DNA from: Balanoglossus misakiensis
Taxonomy: Eukaryota > Animalia > Hemichordata
Direction: 5' to 3'
Assembly: GCA_040954595.2 (NCBI GenBank)
Contig: CM082579.2
Span: 14,484,550 to 14,548,549 of the forward strand
Length of the DNA: 64,000 nt
Positions within the stretch are counted from its first letter, which is position 1. Each line of letters starts with the position of its first letter. Positions 12,669-25,500 of this stretch are shown here, one piece after another. The notes under the pieces are model-generated. The model saw only the letters and a program-made list of their open reading frames with translations, ran no database searches and was not told the DNA's origin. The translations under genes were made by a program, and so were the position numbers.

Positions 12669-15600
12669 GACAAATTTTCGTCTTGGCAAAATCTCAAATT
12701 TTGTCCATTTCTGAAAAAAAATTATGGGTAAAAATCATCAAAAATGACAAATTTTCATCTTTGCAAAATCTCAAATTTTCGTCGATTTTTGAAAAAAATC
12801 ATGGTTGAATATCATCAAAAAATGACAAAATTTTCGACTCTGCAAAATCTCAAAATTTCGTCGATTTTTGAAAAAAATCATGGGGGAAAATCATGAAAAA
12901 ATGACAAATTTTCCTCTTTGCAAAATCTTAAAATTTCGTCGATTTTTGAAAAAAAATCATGGGTGAAAATTATCAAAAAATGACAAATTTTCGTCTTTGC
13001 AAAATCTCAAATTTTCGTCGATTTTTGAAAAAAAATCATGGTTGAAAATCATCAAAAAATGACAAAATTTTCGACTTTGTAAAATCACAAAATTTCGTCG
13101 ATTTTGAAAAAAATCATAGGTTCGTCGATTTTTGTAAAAAAAAACATGGGTGAAAATCATCAAAAAATGACAAATTTTGAAAAAAAAACGGGTGAAAATC
13201 ATCAAAAAATGACACATTTTCGACTTTGCAAAATCTCAAAATTTCGTCGATTTTTGAAAAAAATCATGGGTGAAAATCATCAAAAAATGACAAATTTTCG
13301 ACTTTGCAAAATCTCAAAATTTCGTCGGTTTTGAAAAAAATCATGGGTTCGTCGATTTTTTTAAATAAAAACATGGGTAAAAATCATCAAAAAATGACAA
13401 ATGTTCGACTTTGCAAAATCTAAAAATTTCGTCGATTTTTGAAAAAAAATCATGGGTGAAAATCATCAAAAAATGACAAATTTTCGTCTTTGCAAAATCT
13501 CAAAATTTCGTCCATTTTTGAAAAAAAATCATGGGTAAAAATCATCAAAAATGACAAATTTTCGACTTTGCAAAATCTCAAAATTTTGTTGATTTTTGAA
13601 AAAAATCATAGATGAAAATCATCAAAAAATGACAAATTTTCGACTTTGCAAAATCTCAAAATTTCGTCGATTTTTGAAGAAAATCATGGGTGAAAATCAT
13701 CAAAAAATGACAAATTTTGAAAAAAAAACGGGTGAAAATCATCAAAAAATGACAAATTTTCCTCTTTGCAAAATCTCAAAATTTCGTCGATTTTTGAAAA
13801 AAATCATGGGTGAAAATCATGAAAAAATGACAAATTTTCCTCTTTGCAAAATCTCAAAATTTCGTCGATTTTTGAAAAAAAATCATGGGTGAAAATCATC
13901 AAAAAATGACAAATTTTCGTCTTTGCAAAATCTCAAAATTTCGTCCATTTTAGAAAAAAAATCATGGGTAAAAATCATCAAAAATGACAAATTTTCATCT
14001 TTGCAAAATCCCAAATTTTCGTCGATTTTTGAAAAAAAATCATGGTTGAAAATCATCAAAAAATGACAAAATTTTCGACTTTGCAAAATCTCAAATTTTG
14101 GTCGATTTTTGAAAAAAATCATGGGGGAAAATCATGAAAAAATGACAAATTCTCCTCTTTGCAAAATCTCAAAATTTCGTCGATTATTGAAAAAAAATCA
14201 TGGGTGAAAATCATCAAAAAATGACAAATTTTCGTCTTTGCAAAATCTCAAAATTTCGTCCATTTTTGAAAAAAAATCATGGGTAAAAATCATCAAAAAT
14301 GACAAATTTTCGTCTTTGTAAAATCTCAAAATTTCGTCCATTTTTGAAAAAAATCACGGGTGAAAATCATCAAAAAATGACAAAATTTTCGACTTTGCAA
14401 AATCTCAAAATTTGGTCGATTTTTGAAAAAAATCATGGGGGAAAATCATGAAAAAATGACAAATTCTCCTCTTTGCAAAATCTCAAAATTTCGTCGATTT
14501 TTGAAAAAAAATCATGGGTGAAAATCATCAAAAAATGACAAATTTTCGTCTTTGCAAAATCTCAAAATTTCGTCCATTTTTGAAAAAAATCACGGGTGAA
14601 AATCATCAAAAAATGACAAATTTTCGACTTTGCAAAATCTCAACATTTCGTCAATTTTTGAAAAAAATCATGGGGGAAAATCATGAAAAAATGACAAATT
14701 TTCCTCTTTGCAAAATCTCAAAATTTCGTCGATTTTTAAAAAAAGACATGGGTGAAAATCATCAAAAAATAACAAATTTTCGACTTTGCAAAACCTCAAA
14801 ATTTCGTCCATTTTTGAAAAAAAATCATGGGTAAAAATCATCAAAAAATGACAAATTTTCGTCTTTGCAAAATCTCACAATTTCGTCGATTTTTGAAAAA
14901 AATCATGTGTGAAAATCATCAAAAAATGACAAATTTTCGACTTTGCAAAATCTCAAAATTTCGTCAATTTTTGAAAAAATCATGGGTGAAAATCATCAAA
15001 AAATAACAAATTTTCGTCTTTGCAAAATCTCAAAATTACGTCCATTTAAAAAAAAAATCATGTGTGAAAATCATCAAAAAATGACAAATTTTCGACTTTG
15101 CAAAATCTCAAAATTTCGTCAATTTTTGAAAAAATCATGGGTGAAAATCATCAAAAAATAACAAATTTTCGTCTTTGCAAAATCTCAAAATTTCGTCCAT
15201 TTAAAAAAAAAACATGGGGGAAAATCATCAAAAAATGACAAATTTTCGACTTTGCAAAATCTCAAAATTTCGTCGATTTTTGAAAAAAAATAAGGGTGAA
15301 AATCATCAAAAAATGACAAATTTTCGACTTTGCAAAATCTCAAAATTTCGTCAGTTTTTGAAAAAAATCATGGGAGAAAATCATCAAAAAATGACAAATT
15401 TTGAAAAAAAAAACGGGTGAAAATCATCAAAAAATGACACATTTTCCTCTGCAAAATCTCAAAATTTCGTCGTTTTTTGAAAAAAAATCATTGGTGAAAA
15501 TCATCAAAAAATGACAAATTTTCGTCTTTGCAAAATCTCAAAATTTCGTCCATTTTTGAAAAAAAATCATGGGTAAAAATCATCAAAAATGACAAATTTT

Positions 15601-15811
15601 CGTCTTTGCAAAATCTCAAATTTTCGTCGATTTTTGAAAAAAATCATGGGGGAAAATCATGAAAAAATGACAAATTTTCCTCTTTGCAAAATCTCAAAAT
15701 TTCGTCGATTTTTGAAAAAAATCATGGGTGAAAATCATGAAAAAATGACAAATTTTCCTCTTTGCAAAATATCAAAATTTCGTCGTTTTATGAAAAAAAA
15801 TCATGGGTGAA

Positions 15812-18800
15812 AATCATCAAAAAATGACAAATTTTCGTCTTTGCAAAATCTCAAAATTTCGTCCATTTTTGAAAAAAAATCATGGGTAAAAATCATCAAA
15901 AATGACAAATTTTCGTCTTTGCAAAATCTCAAATTTTCGTCGATTTTTGAAAAAAATCATGGGGGAAAATCATGAAAAAATGACAAATTTTCCTCTTTGC
16001 AAAATCTCAAAATTTCGTCGTTTTATGAAAAAAAATCATGGGTGAAAATCATCAAAAAATAACAAATTTTCGACTTTGCAAAATCTCAAAATTTCGTCCA
16101 TTTTTGAAAAAAAATCATGGGTAAAAATCATCAAAAAATGACAAATTTTGAAAAAAAAACGGGTGAAAATCATCAAAAAATGACACATTTTCGACTTTGC
16201 AAAATCTCAAAATTTCGTCAATTTTTGAAAAAAAATCATGGGTGAAAATCATCAAAAAATGACAAATTTTCGTCATTGCAAAATCTCAAAATTTCGTCCA
16301 TTTCTGAAAAAAAATTATGGGTAAAAATCATCAAAAATGACAAATTTTCATCTTTGCAAAATCCCAAATTTTCGTCGATTTTTGAAAAAAAATCATGGTT
16401 GAAAATCATCAAAAAATGACAAAATTTTCGACTTTGCAAAATCTCAAAATTTGGTCGATTTTTGAAAAAAATCATTGGGGAAAATCATGAAAAAATGACA
16501 AATTCTCCTCTTTGCAAAATCTCAAAATTTCGTCGATTTTTGAAAAAAAATCATGGGTGAAAATCATCAAAAAATGACAAATTTTCGTCTTTGCAAAATC
16601 TCACAATTTCGTCGATTTTTGAAAAAAATCATGGGAGAAAATCATCAAAAAATGACAAATTTTCGACTTTGCAAAATCTCAACATTTCGTCGATTTTAAA
16701 AAAAAAACTGGGGAAAATCATCAAAAAATGACAAATTTTCGACTTTGCAAAATCTCAAAATTTCGTCGATTTTTGAAAAAAATCATGGGTGAAAATCATC
16801 AAAAAATGACAAATTTTCGACTTTGCAAAATCTCAAAATTTCGTCAATTTTTGAAAAAATCATGGGTGAAAATCATCAAAAAATGACAAATTTTCGTCTT
16901 TGCAAAATCTCAAAATTTCGTCGGTTTTTGAAAAATAATATGGGTGAAAATCATCAAAAAATGACAAATTTTTGACTGCAAAATCTCAAAATTTCGTCGA
17001 TTTTTGAAAAAAATCATGGGTGAAAATCATCAAAAAATGACAAATTTTCGACTTTGCAAAATCTCAAAATTTCGTCGGTTTTGAAAAAAATCATGGGTTC
17101 GTCGATTTTTTTAAATAAAAACATGGGTAAAAATCATCAAAAAATGACAAATGTTCGACTTTGCAAAATCTAAAAATTTCGTCGATTTTTGAAAAAAAAT
17201 CATGGGTGAAAATCATCAAAAAATGACAAATTTTCGTCTTTGCAAAATCTCAAAATTTCGTCCATTTTTGAAAAAAAATCATGGGTAAAAATCATCAAAA
17301 ATGACAAATTTTCGACTTTGCAAAATCTCAAAATTTCGTCAATTTTTGAAAAAATCATGGGTGAAAATCATCAAAAAATGACAAATTTTCGTCTTTGCAA
17401 AATCTCAAAATTTCGTCGGTTTTTGAAAAATAATATGGGTGAAAATCATCAAAAAATGACAAATTTTTGACTGCAAAATCTCAAAATTTCGTCGATTTTT
17501 GAAAAAAATCATGGGTGAAAATCATCAAAAAATGACAAATTTTCGACTTTGCAAAATCTCAAAATTTCGTCGGTTTTGAAAAAAATCATGGGTTCGTCGA
17601 TTTTTTTAAATAAAAACATGGGTAAAAATCATCAAAAAATGACAAATGTTCGACTTTGCAAAATCTAAAAATTTCGTCGATTTTTGAAAAAAAATCATGG
17701 GTGAAAATCATCAAAAAATGACAAATTTTCGTCTTTGCAAAATCTCAAAATTTCGTCCATTTTTGAAAAAAAATCATGGGTAAAAATCATCAAAAATGAC
17801 AAATTTTCGACTTTGCAAAATCTCAAAATTTTGTTGATTTTTGAAAAAAATCATAGATGAAAATCATCAAAAAATGACAAATTTTCGACTTTGCAAAATC
17901 TCAAAATTTCGTCGATTTTTGAAGAAAATCATGGGTGAAAATCATCAAAAAATGACAAATTTTGAAAAAAAAACGGGTGAAAATCATCAAAAAATGACAA
18001 ATTTTCCTCTTTGCAAAATCTCAAAATTTCGTCGATTTTTGAAAAAAATCATGGGTGAAAATCATGAAAAAATGACAAATTTTCCTCTTTGCAAAATCTC
18101 AAAATTTCGTCGATTTTTGAAAAAAAATCATGGGTGAAAATCATCAAAAAATGACAAATTTTCGTCTTTGCAAAATCTCAAAATTTCGTCCATTTTAGAA
18201 AAAAAATCATGGGTAAAAATCATCAAAAATGACAAATTTTCATCTTTGCAAAATCCCAAATTTTCGTCGATTTTTGAAAAAAAATCATGGTTGAAAATCA
18301 TCAAAAAATGACAAAATTTTCGACTTTGCAAAATCTCAAATTTTGGTCGATTTTTGAAAAAAATCATGGGGGAAAATCATGAAAAAATGACAAATTCTCC
18401 TCTTTGCAAAATCTCAAAATTTCGTCGATTTTTGAAAAAAAATCATGGGTGAAAATCATCAAAAAATGACAAATTTTCGTCTTTGCATAATCTCAAAATT
18501 TCGTCCATTTTTGAAAAAAATCACGGGTGAAAATCATCAAAAAATGACAAAATTTTCGACTTTGCAAAATCTCAAAATTTGGTCGATTTTTGAAAAAAAT
18601 CATGGGGGAAAATCATGAAAAAATGACAAATTCTCCTCTTTGCAAAATCTCAAAATTTCGTCGATTTTTGAAAAAAAATCATGGGTGAAAATCATCAAAA
18701 AATGACAAATTTTCGTCTTTGCAAAATCTCAAAATTTCGTCCATTTTTGAAAAAAATCACGGGTGAAAATCATCAAAAAATGACAAATTTTCGACTTTGC

Positions 18801-19560
18801 AAAATCTCAACATTTCGTCAATTTTTGAAAAAAATCATGGGGGAAAATCATGAAAAAATGACAAATTTTCCTCTTTGCAAAATCTCAAAATTTCGTCGAT
18901 TTTTAAAAAAAGACATGGGTGAAAATCATCAAAAAATAACAAATTTTCGACTTTGCAAAACCTCAAAATTTCGTCCATTTTTGAAAAAAAATCATGGGTA
19001 AAAATCATCAAAAAATGACAAATTTTCGTCTTTGCAAAATCTCACAAGTTCGTCGATTTTTGAAAAAAATCATGTGTGAAAATCATCAAAAAATGACAAA
19101 TTTTCGACTTTGCAAAATCTCAAAATTTCGTCAATTTTTGAAAAAATCATGGGTGAAAATCATCAAAAAATAACAAATTTTCGTCTTTGCAAAATCTCAA
19201 AATTACGTCCATTTAAAAAAAAAAACATGGGGGAAAATCATCAAAAAATGACAAATTTTCGACTTTGCAAAATCTCAAAATTTCGTCGATTTTTGAAAAA
19301 AATCATGGGTGAAAATCATCAAAAAATGACAAATTTTCGACTTTGCAAAATCTCAAAATTTCGTCAATTTTTGAAAAAAATCATGGGAGAAAATCATCAA
19401 AAAATGACACATTTTCCTCTGCAAAATCTCAAAATTTCGTCGATTTTTGAAAAAAATCATGGGTGAAAATCATGAAAAAATGACAAATTTTCCTCTTTGC
19501 AAAATATCAAAATTTCGTCGTTTTATGAAAAAAAATCATGGGTGAAAATCATCAAAAAAT
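15812..19560 (+). repeat. ~3.75-kb intra-array segmental duplication, copy 2
   Basis: Nearly identical to 8920-12668, including the internal 495-bp tandem duplication. One visible difference is CACAAGTTCG at ~19046. Confidence 0.9.
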
Positions 19561-22500
19561 AACAAATTTTCGACTTTGCAAAATCTCAAAATTTCGTCCA
19601 TTTTTGAAAAAAAATCATGGGTAAAAATCATCAAAAAATGACAAATTTTAAAAAAAAAACGGGTGAAAATCATCAAAAAATGACACATTTTCGACTTTGC
19701 AAAATCTCAAAATTTCGTCAATTTTTGAAAAAATCATGGGTGAAAATCATCAAAAAATAACAAATTTTCGTCTTTGCAAAATCTCAAAATTACGTCCATT
19801 TAAAAAAAAAATCATGTGTGAAAATCATCAAAAAATGACAAATTTTCGACTTTGCAAAATCTCAAAATTTCGTCAATTTTTGAAAAAATCATGGGTGAAA
19901 ATCATCAAAAAATAACAAATTTTCGTCTTTGCAAAATCTCAAAATTTCGTCCATTTAAAAAAAAAAACATGGGGGAAAATCATCAAAAAATGACAAATTT
20001 TCGACTTTGCAAAATCTCAAAATTTCGTCGATTTTTGAAAAAAAATAAGGGTGAAAATCATCAAAAAATGACAAATTTTCGACTTTGCAAAATCTCAAAA
20101 TTTCGTCAGTTTTTGAAAAAAATCATGGGAGAAAATCATCAAAAAATGACAAATTTTGAAAAAAAAAACGGGTGAAAATCATCAAAAAATGACACATTTT
20201 CCTCTGCAAAATCTCAAAATATCGTCGTTTTTTGAAAAAAAATCATTGGTGAAAATCATCAAAAAATGACAAATTTTCGTCTTTGCAAAATCTCAAAATT
20301 TCGTCCATTTTTGAAAAAAAATCATGGGTAAAAATCATCAAAAATGACAAATTTTCGTCTTTGCAAAATCTCAAATTTTCGTCGATTTTTGAAAAAAATC
20401 CTGGGGGAAAATCATGAAAAAATGACAAATTTTCCTCTTTGCAAAATCTCAAAATTTCGTCGATTTTTGAAAAAAATCATGGGTGAAAATCATGAAAAAA
20501 TGACAAATTTTCCTCTTTGCAAAATATCAAAATTTCGTCGTTTTATGAAAAAAAATCATGGGTGAAAATCATCAAAAAATGACAAATTTTCGTCTTTGCA
20601 AAATCTCAAAATTTCGTCCATTTTTGAAAAAAAATCATGGGTAAAAATCATCAAAAATGACAAATTTTCGTCTTTGCAAAATCTCAAATTTTCGTCGATT
20701 TTTGAAAAAAATCATGGGGGAAAATCATGAAAAAATGACAAATTTTCCTCTTTGCAAAATCTCAAAATTTCGTCGTTTTATGAAAAAAAATCATGGGTGA
20801 AAATCATCAAAAAATAACAAATTTTCCACTTTGCAAAATCTCAAAATTTCGTCCATTTTTGAAAAAAAATCATGGGTAAAAATCATCAAAAAATGACAAA
20901 TTTTGAAAAAAAAACGGGTGAAAATCATCAAAAAATGACACATTTTCGACTTTGCAAAATCTCAAAATTTCGTCAATTTTTGAAAAAAAATCATGGGTGA
21001 AAATCATCAAAAAATGACAAATTTTCGTCTTTGCAAAATCTCAAAATTTCGTCCATTTCTGAAAAAAAATTATGGGTAAAAATCATCAAAAATGACAAAT
21101 TTTCATCTTTGCAAAATCCCAAATTTTCGTCGATTTTTGAAAAAAAATCATGGTTGAAAATCATCAAAAAATGACAAAATTTTCGACTTTGCAAAATCTC
21201 AAAATTTGGTCGATTTTTGAAAAAAATCATTGGGGAAAATCATGAAAAAATGACAAATTCTCCTCTTTGCAAAATCTCAAAATTTCGTCGATTTTTGAAA
21301 AAAAATCATGGGTGAAAATCATCAAAAAATGACAAATTTTCGTCTTTACAAAATCTCACAATTTCGTCGATTTTTGAAAAAAATCATGGGAGAAAATCAT
21401 CAAAAAATGACAAATTTTCGACTTTGCAAAATCTCAACATTTCGTCGATTTTAAAAAAAAAACGGGGGAAAATCATCAAAAAATGACAAATTTTCGACTT
21501 TGCAAAATCTCAAAATTTCGTCGATTTTTGAAAAAAATCATGGGTGAAAATCATCAAAAAATGACAAATTTTCGACTTTGCAAAATCTCAAAATTTCGTC
21601 AATTTTTGAAAAAATCATGGGTGAAAATCATCAAAAAATGACAAATTTTCGTCTTTGCAAAATCTCAAAATTTCGTCGGTTTTTGAAAAATAATATGGGT
21701 GAAAATCATCAAAAAATGACAAATTTTTGACTGCAAAATCTCAAAATTTCGTCGATTTTTGAAAAAAATCATGGGTGAAAATCATCAAAAAATGACAAAT
21801 TTTCGACTTTGCAAAATCTCAAAATTTCGTCGGTTTTGAAAAAAATCATGGGTTCGTCGATTTTTTTAAATAAAAACATGGGTAAAAATCATCAAAAAAT
21901 GACAAATGTTCGACTTTGCAAAATCTAAAAATTTCGTCGATTTTTGAAAAAAAATCATGGGTGAAAATCATCAAAAAATGACAAATTTTCGTCTTTGCAA
22001 AATCTCAAAATTTCGTCCATTTTTGAAAAAAAATCATGGGTAAAAATCATCAAAAATGACAAATTTTCGACTTTGCAAAATCTCAAAATTTTGTTGATTT
22101 TTGAAAAAAATCATAGATGAAAATCATCAAAAAATGACAAATTTTCGACTTTGCAAAATCTCAAAATTTCGTCGATTTTTGAAGAAAATCATGGGTGAAA
22201 ATCATCAAAAAATGACAAATTTTGAAAAAAAAACGGGTGAAAATCATCAAAAAATGACAAATTTTCCTCTTTGCAAAATCTCAAAATTTCGTCGATTTTT
22301 GAAAAAAATCATGGGTGAAAATCATGAAAAAATGACAAATTTTCCTCTTTGCAAAATCTCAAAATTTCGTCGATTTTTGAAAAAAAATCATGGGTGAAAA
22401 TCATCAAAAAATGACAAATTTTCGTCTTTGCAAAATCTCAAAATTTCGTCCATTTTAGAAAAAAAATCATGGGTAAAAATCATCAAAAATGACAAATTTT

Positions 22501-25500
22501 CATCTTTGCAAAATCCCAAATTTTCGTCGATTTTTGAAAAAAAATCATGGTTGAAAATCATCAAAAAATGACAAAATTTTCGACTTTGCAAAATCTCAAA
22601 TTTTGGTCGATTTTTGAAAAAAATCATGGGGGAAAATCATGAAAAAATGACAAATTCTCCTCTTTGCAAAATCTCAAAATTTCGTCGATTTTTGAAAAAA
22701 AATCATGGGTGAAAATCATCAAAAAATGACAAATTTTCGTCTTTGCAAAATCTCAAAATTTCGTCCATTTTTGAAAAAAATCACGGGTGAAAATCATCAA
22801 AAAATGACAAAATTTTCGACTTTGCAAAATCTCAAAATTTGGTCGATTTTTGAAAAAAATCATGGGGGAAAATCATGAAAAAATGACAAATTCTCCTCTT
22901 TGCAAAATCTCAAAATTTCGTCGATTTTTGAAAAAAAATCATGGGTGAAAATCATCAAAAAATGACAAATTTTCGTCTTTGCAAAATCTCAAAATTTCGT
23001 CCATTTTTGAAAAAAATCACGGGTGAAAATCATCAAAAAATGACAAATTTTCGACTTTGCAAAATCTCAACATTTCGTCAATTTTTGAAAAAAATCATGG
23101 GGGAAAATCATGAAAAAATGACAAATTTTCCTCTTTGCAAAATCTCAAAATTTCGTCGATTTTTAAAAAAAGACATGGGTGAAAATCATCAAAAAATAAC
23201 AAATTTTCGACTTTGCAAAACCTCAAAATTTCGTCCATTTTTGAAAAAAAATCATGGGTAAAAATCATCAAAAAATGACAAATTTTCGTCTTTGCAAAAT
23301 CTCACAATTTCGTCGATTTTTGAAAAAAATCATGTGTGAAAATCATCAAAAAATGACAAATTTTCGACTTTGCAAAATCTCAAAATTTCGTCAATTTTTG
23401 AAAAAATCATGGGTGAAAATCATCAAAAAATAACAAATTTTCGTCTTTGCAAAATCTCAAAATTACGTCCATTTAAAAAAAAAAACATGGGGGAAAATCA
23501 TCAAAAAATGACAAATTTTCGACTTTGCAAAATCTCAAAATTTCGTCGATTTTTGAAAAAAATCATGGGTGAAAATCATCAAAAAATGACAAATTTTCGA
23601 CTTTGCAAAATCTCAAAATTTCGTCAATTTTTGAAAAAAATCATGGGAGAAAATCATCAAAAAATGACACATTTTCCTCTGCAAAATCTCAAAATTTCGT
23701 CGATTTTTGAAAAAAATCATGGGTGAAAATCATGAAAAAATGACAAATTTTCCTCTTTGCAAAATATCAAAATTTCGTCGTTTTATGAAAAAAAATCATG
23801 GGTGAAAATCATCAAAAAATAACAAATTTTCGTCTTTGCAAAATCTCAAAATTTCGTCCATTTTTGAAAAAAAATCATGGGTAAAAATCATCAAAAATGA
23901 CAAATTTTCGACTTTGCAAAATCTCAAAATTTTGTTGATTTTTGAAAAAAATCATAGATGAAAATCATCAAAAAATGACAAATTTTCGACTTTGCAAAAT
24001 CTCAAAATTTCGTCAATTTTTGAAAAAAAATCATGGGTGAAAATCATCAAAAAATGACAAATTTTCTTCTTTGCAAAATCTCAAAATTTCGTCCATTTCT
24101 GAAAAAAAATTATAGGTAAAAATCATCAAAAATGACAAATTTTCATCTTTGCAAAATCCCAAATTTTCGTCGATTTTTGAAAAAAAATCATGGTTGAAAA
24201 TCATCAAAAAATGACAAAATTTTCGACTTTGCAAAATCTCAAATTTTGGTCGATTTTTGAAAAAAATCATGGGGGAAAATCATGAAAAAATGACAAATTC
24301 TCCTCTTTGCAAAATCTCAAAATTTCGTCGATTTTTGAAAAAAAATCATGGGTGAAAATCATCAAAAAATGACAAATTTTCGTCTTTGCAAAATCTCAAA
24401 ATTTCGTCCATTTTTGAAAAAAATCACGGGTGAAAATCATCAAAAAATGACAAATTTTCGACTTTGCAAAATCCCAACATTTCGTCAATTTTTGAAAAAA
24501 TCATGGGTGAAAATCATCAAAAAATGACAAATTTTCGACTTTACAAAATCTCAAAATTTCGTCGATTTTTGAAAAAAATCATGAAAAAATGACAAATTTT
24601 CCTCTCTGCAAAATCTCAAAATTTCGTCTATTTTTGAAAAAAAATCATTGGTGAAAATCATCAAAAAATGACAAATTTTCCTCTTTGCAAAATCTCAAAA
24701 TTTCGTCGATTTTTGAAAAAAAATCATGGTTAAAAATCATCAAAAAATGACAAAATTTTCGACTTTGTAAAATCACAAAATTTCGTCGATTTTGAAAAAA
24801 ATCATAGGTTCGTCGATTTTTAAAAAAAAAACATGGGTGAAAATCATCAAAAAATGACACATTTTCCTCTGCAAAATCTCAAAATTTCGTCGTTTTTTGA
24901 AAAAAAATCATTGGTGAAAATCATCAAAAAATGACAAATTTTCGTCTTTGCAAAATCTCGAAATTTCGTCCATTTTTGAAAAAAAATCATGGGTAAAAAT
25001 CATCAAAAATGACAAATTTTCGTCTTTGCAAAATCTCAAATTTTCGTCGATTTTTGAAAAAAATCATGGGGGAAAATCATGAAAAAATGACAAATTTTCC
25101 TCTTTGCAAAATCTCAAAATTTCGTCGATTTTTGAAAAAAATCATGGGTGAAAATCATGAAAAAATGACACATTTTCCTCTGCAAAATCTCAAAATTTCG
25201 TCGTTTTTTGAAAAAAAATCATTGGTGAAAATCATCAAAAAATGACAAATTTTCGTTTTTGCAAAATCTCAAAATTTCGTCCATTTTAGAAAAAAAATCA
25301 TGGGTAAAAATCATCGAAAATGACAAATTTTCGTCGACTTTGCAAAATCTCAAAATTTCGTCGATTTTTGAAAAAAATCATGGGGGAAAATCATCAAAAA
25401 ATAACAAATTTTCGTCTTTGCAAAATCTCAAAATTTCGTCCATTTAAAAAAAAAAACATGGGGGAAAATCATCAAAAAATGACAAATTTTCGACTTTGCA

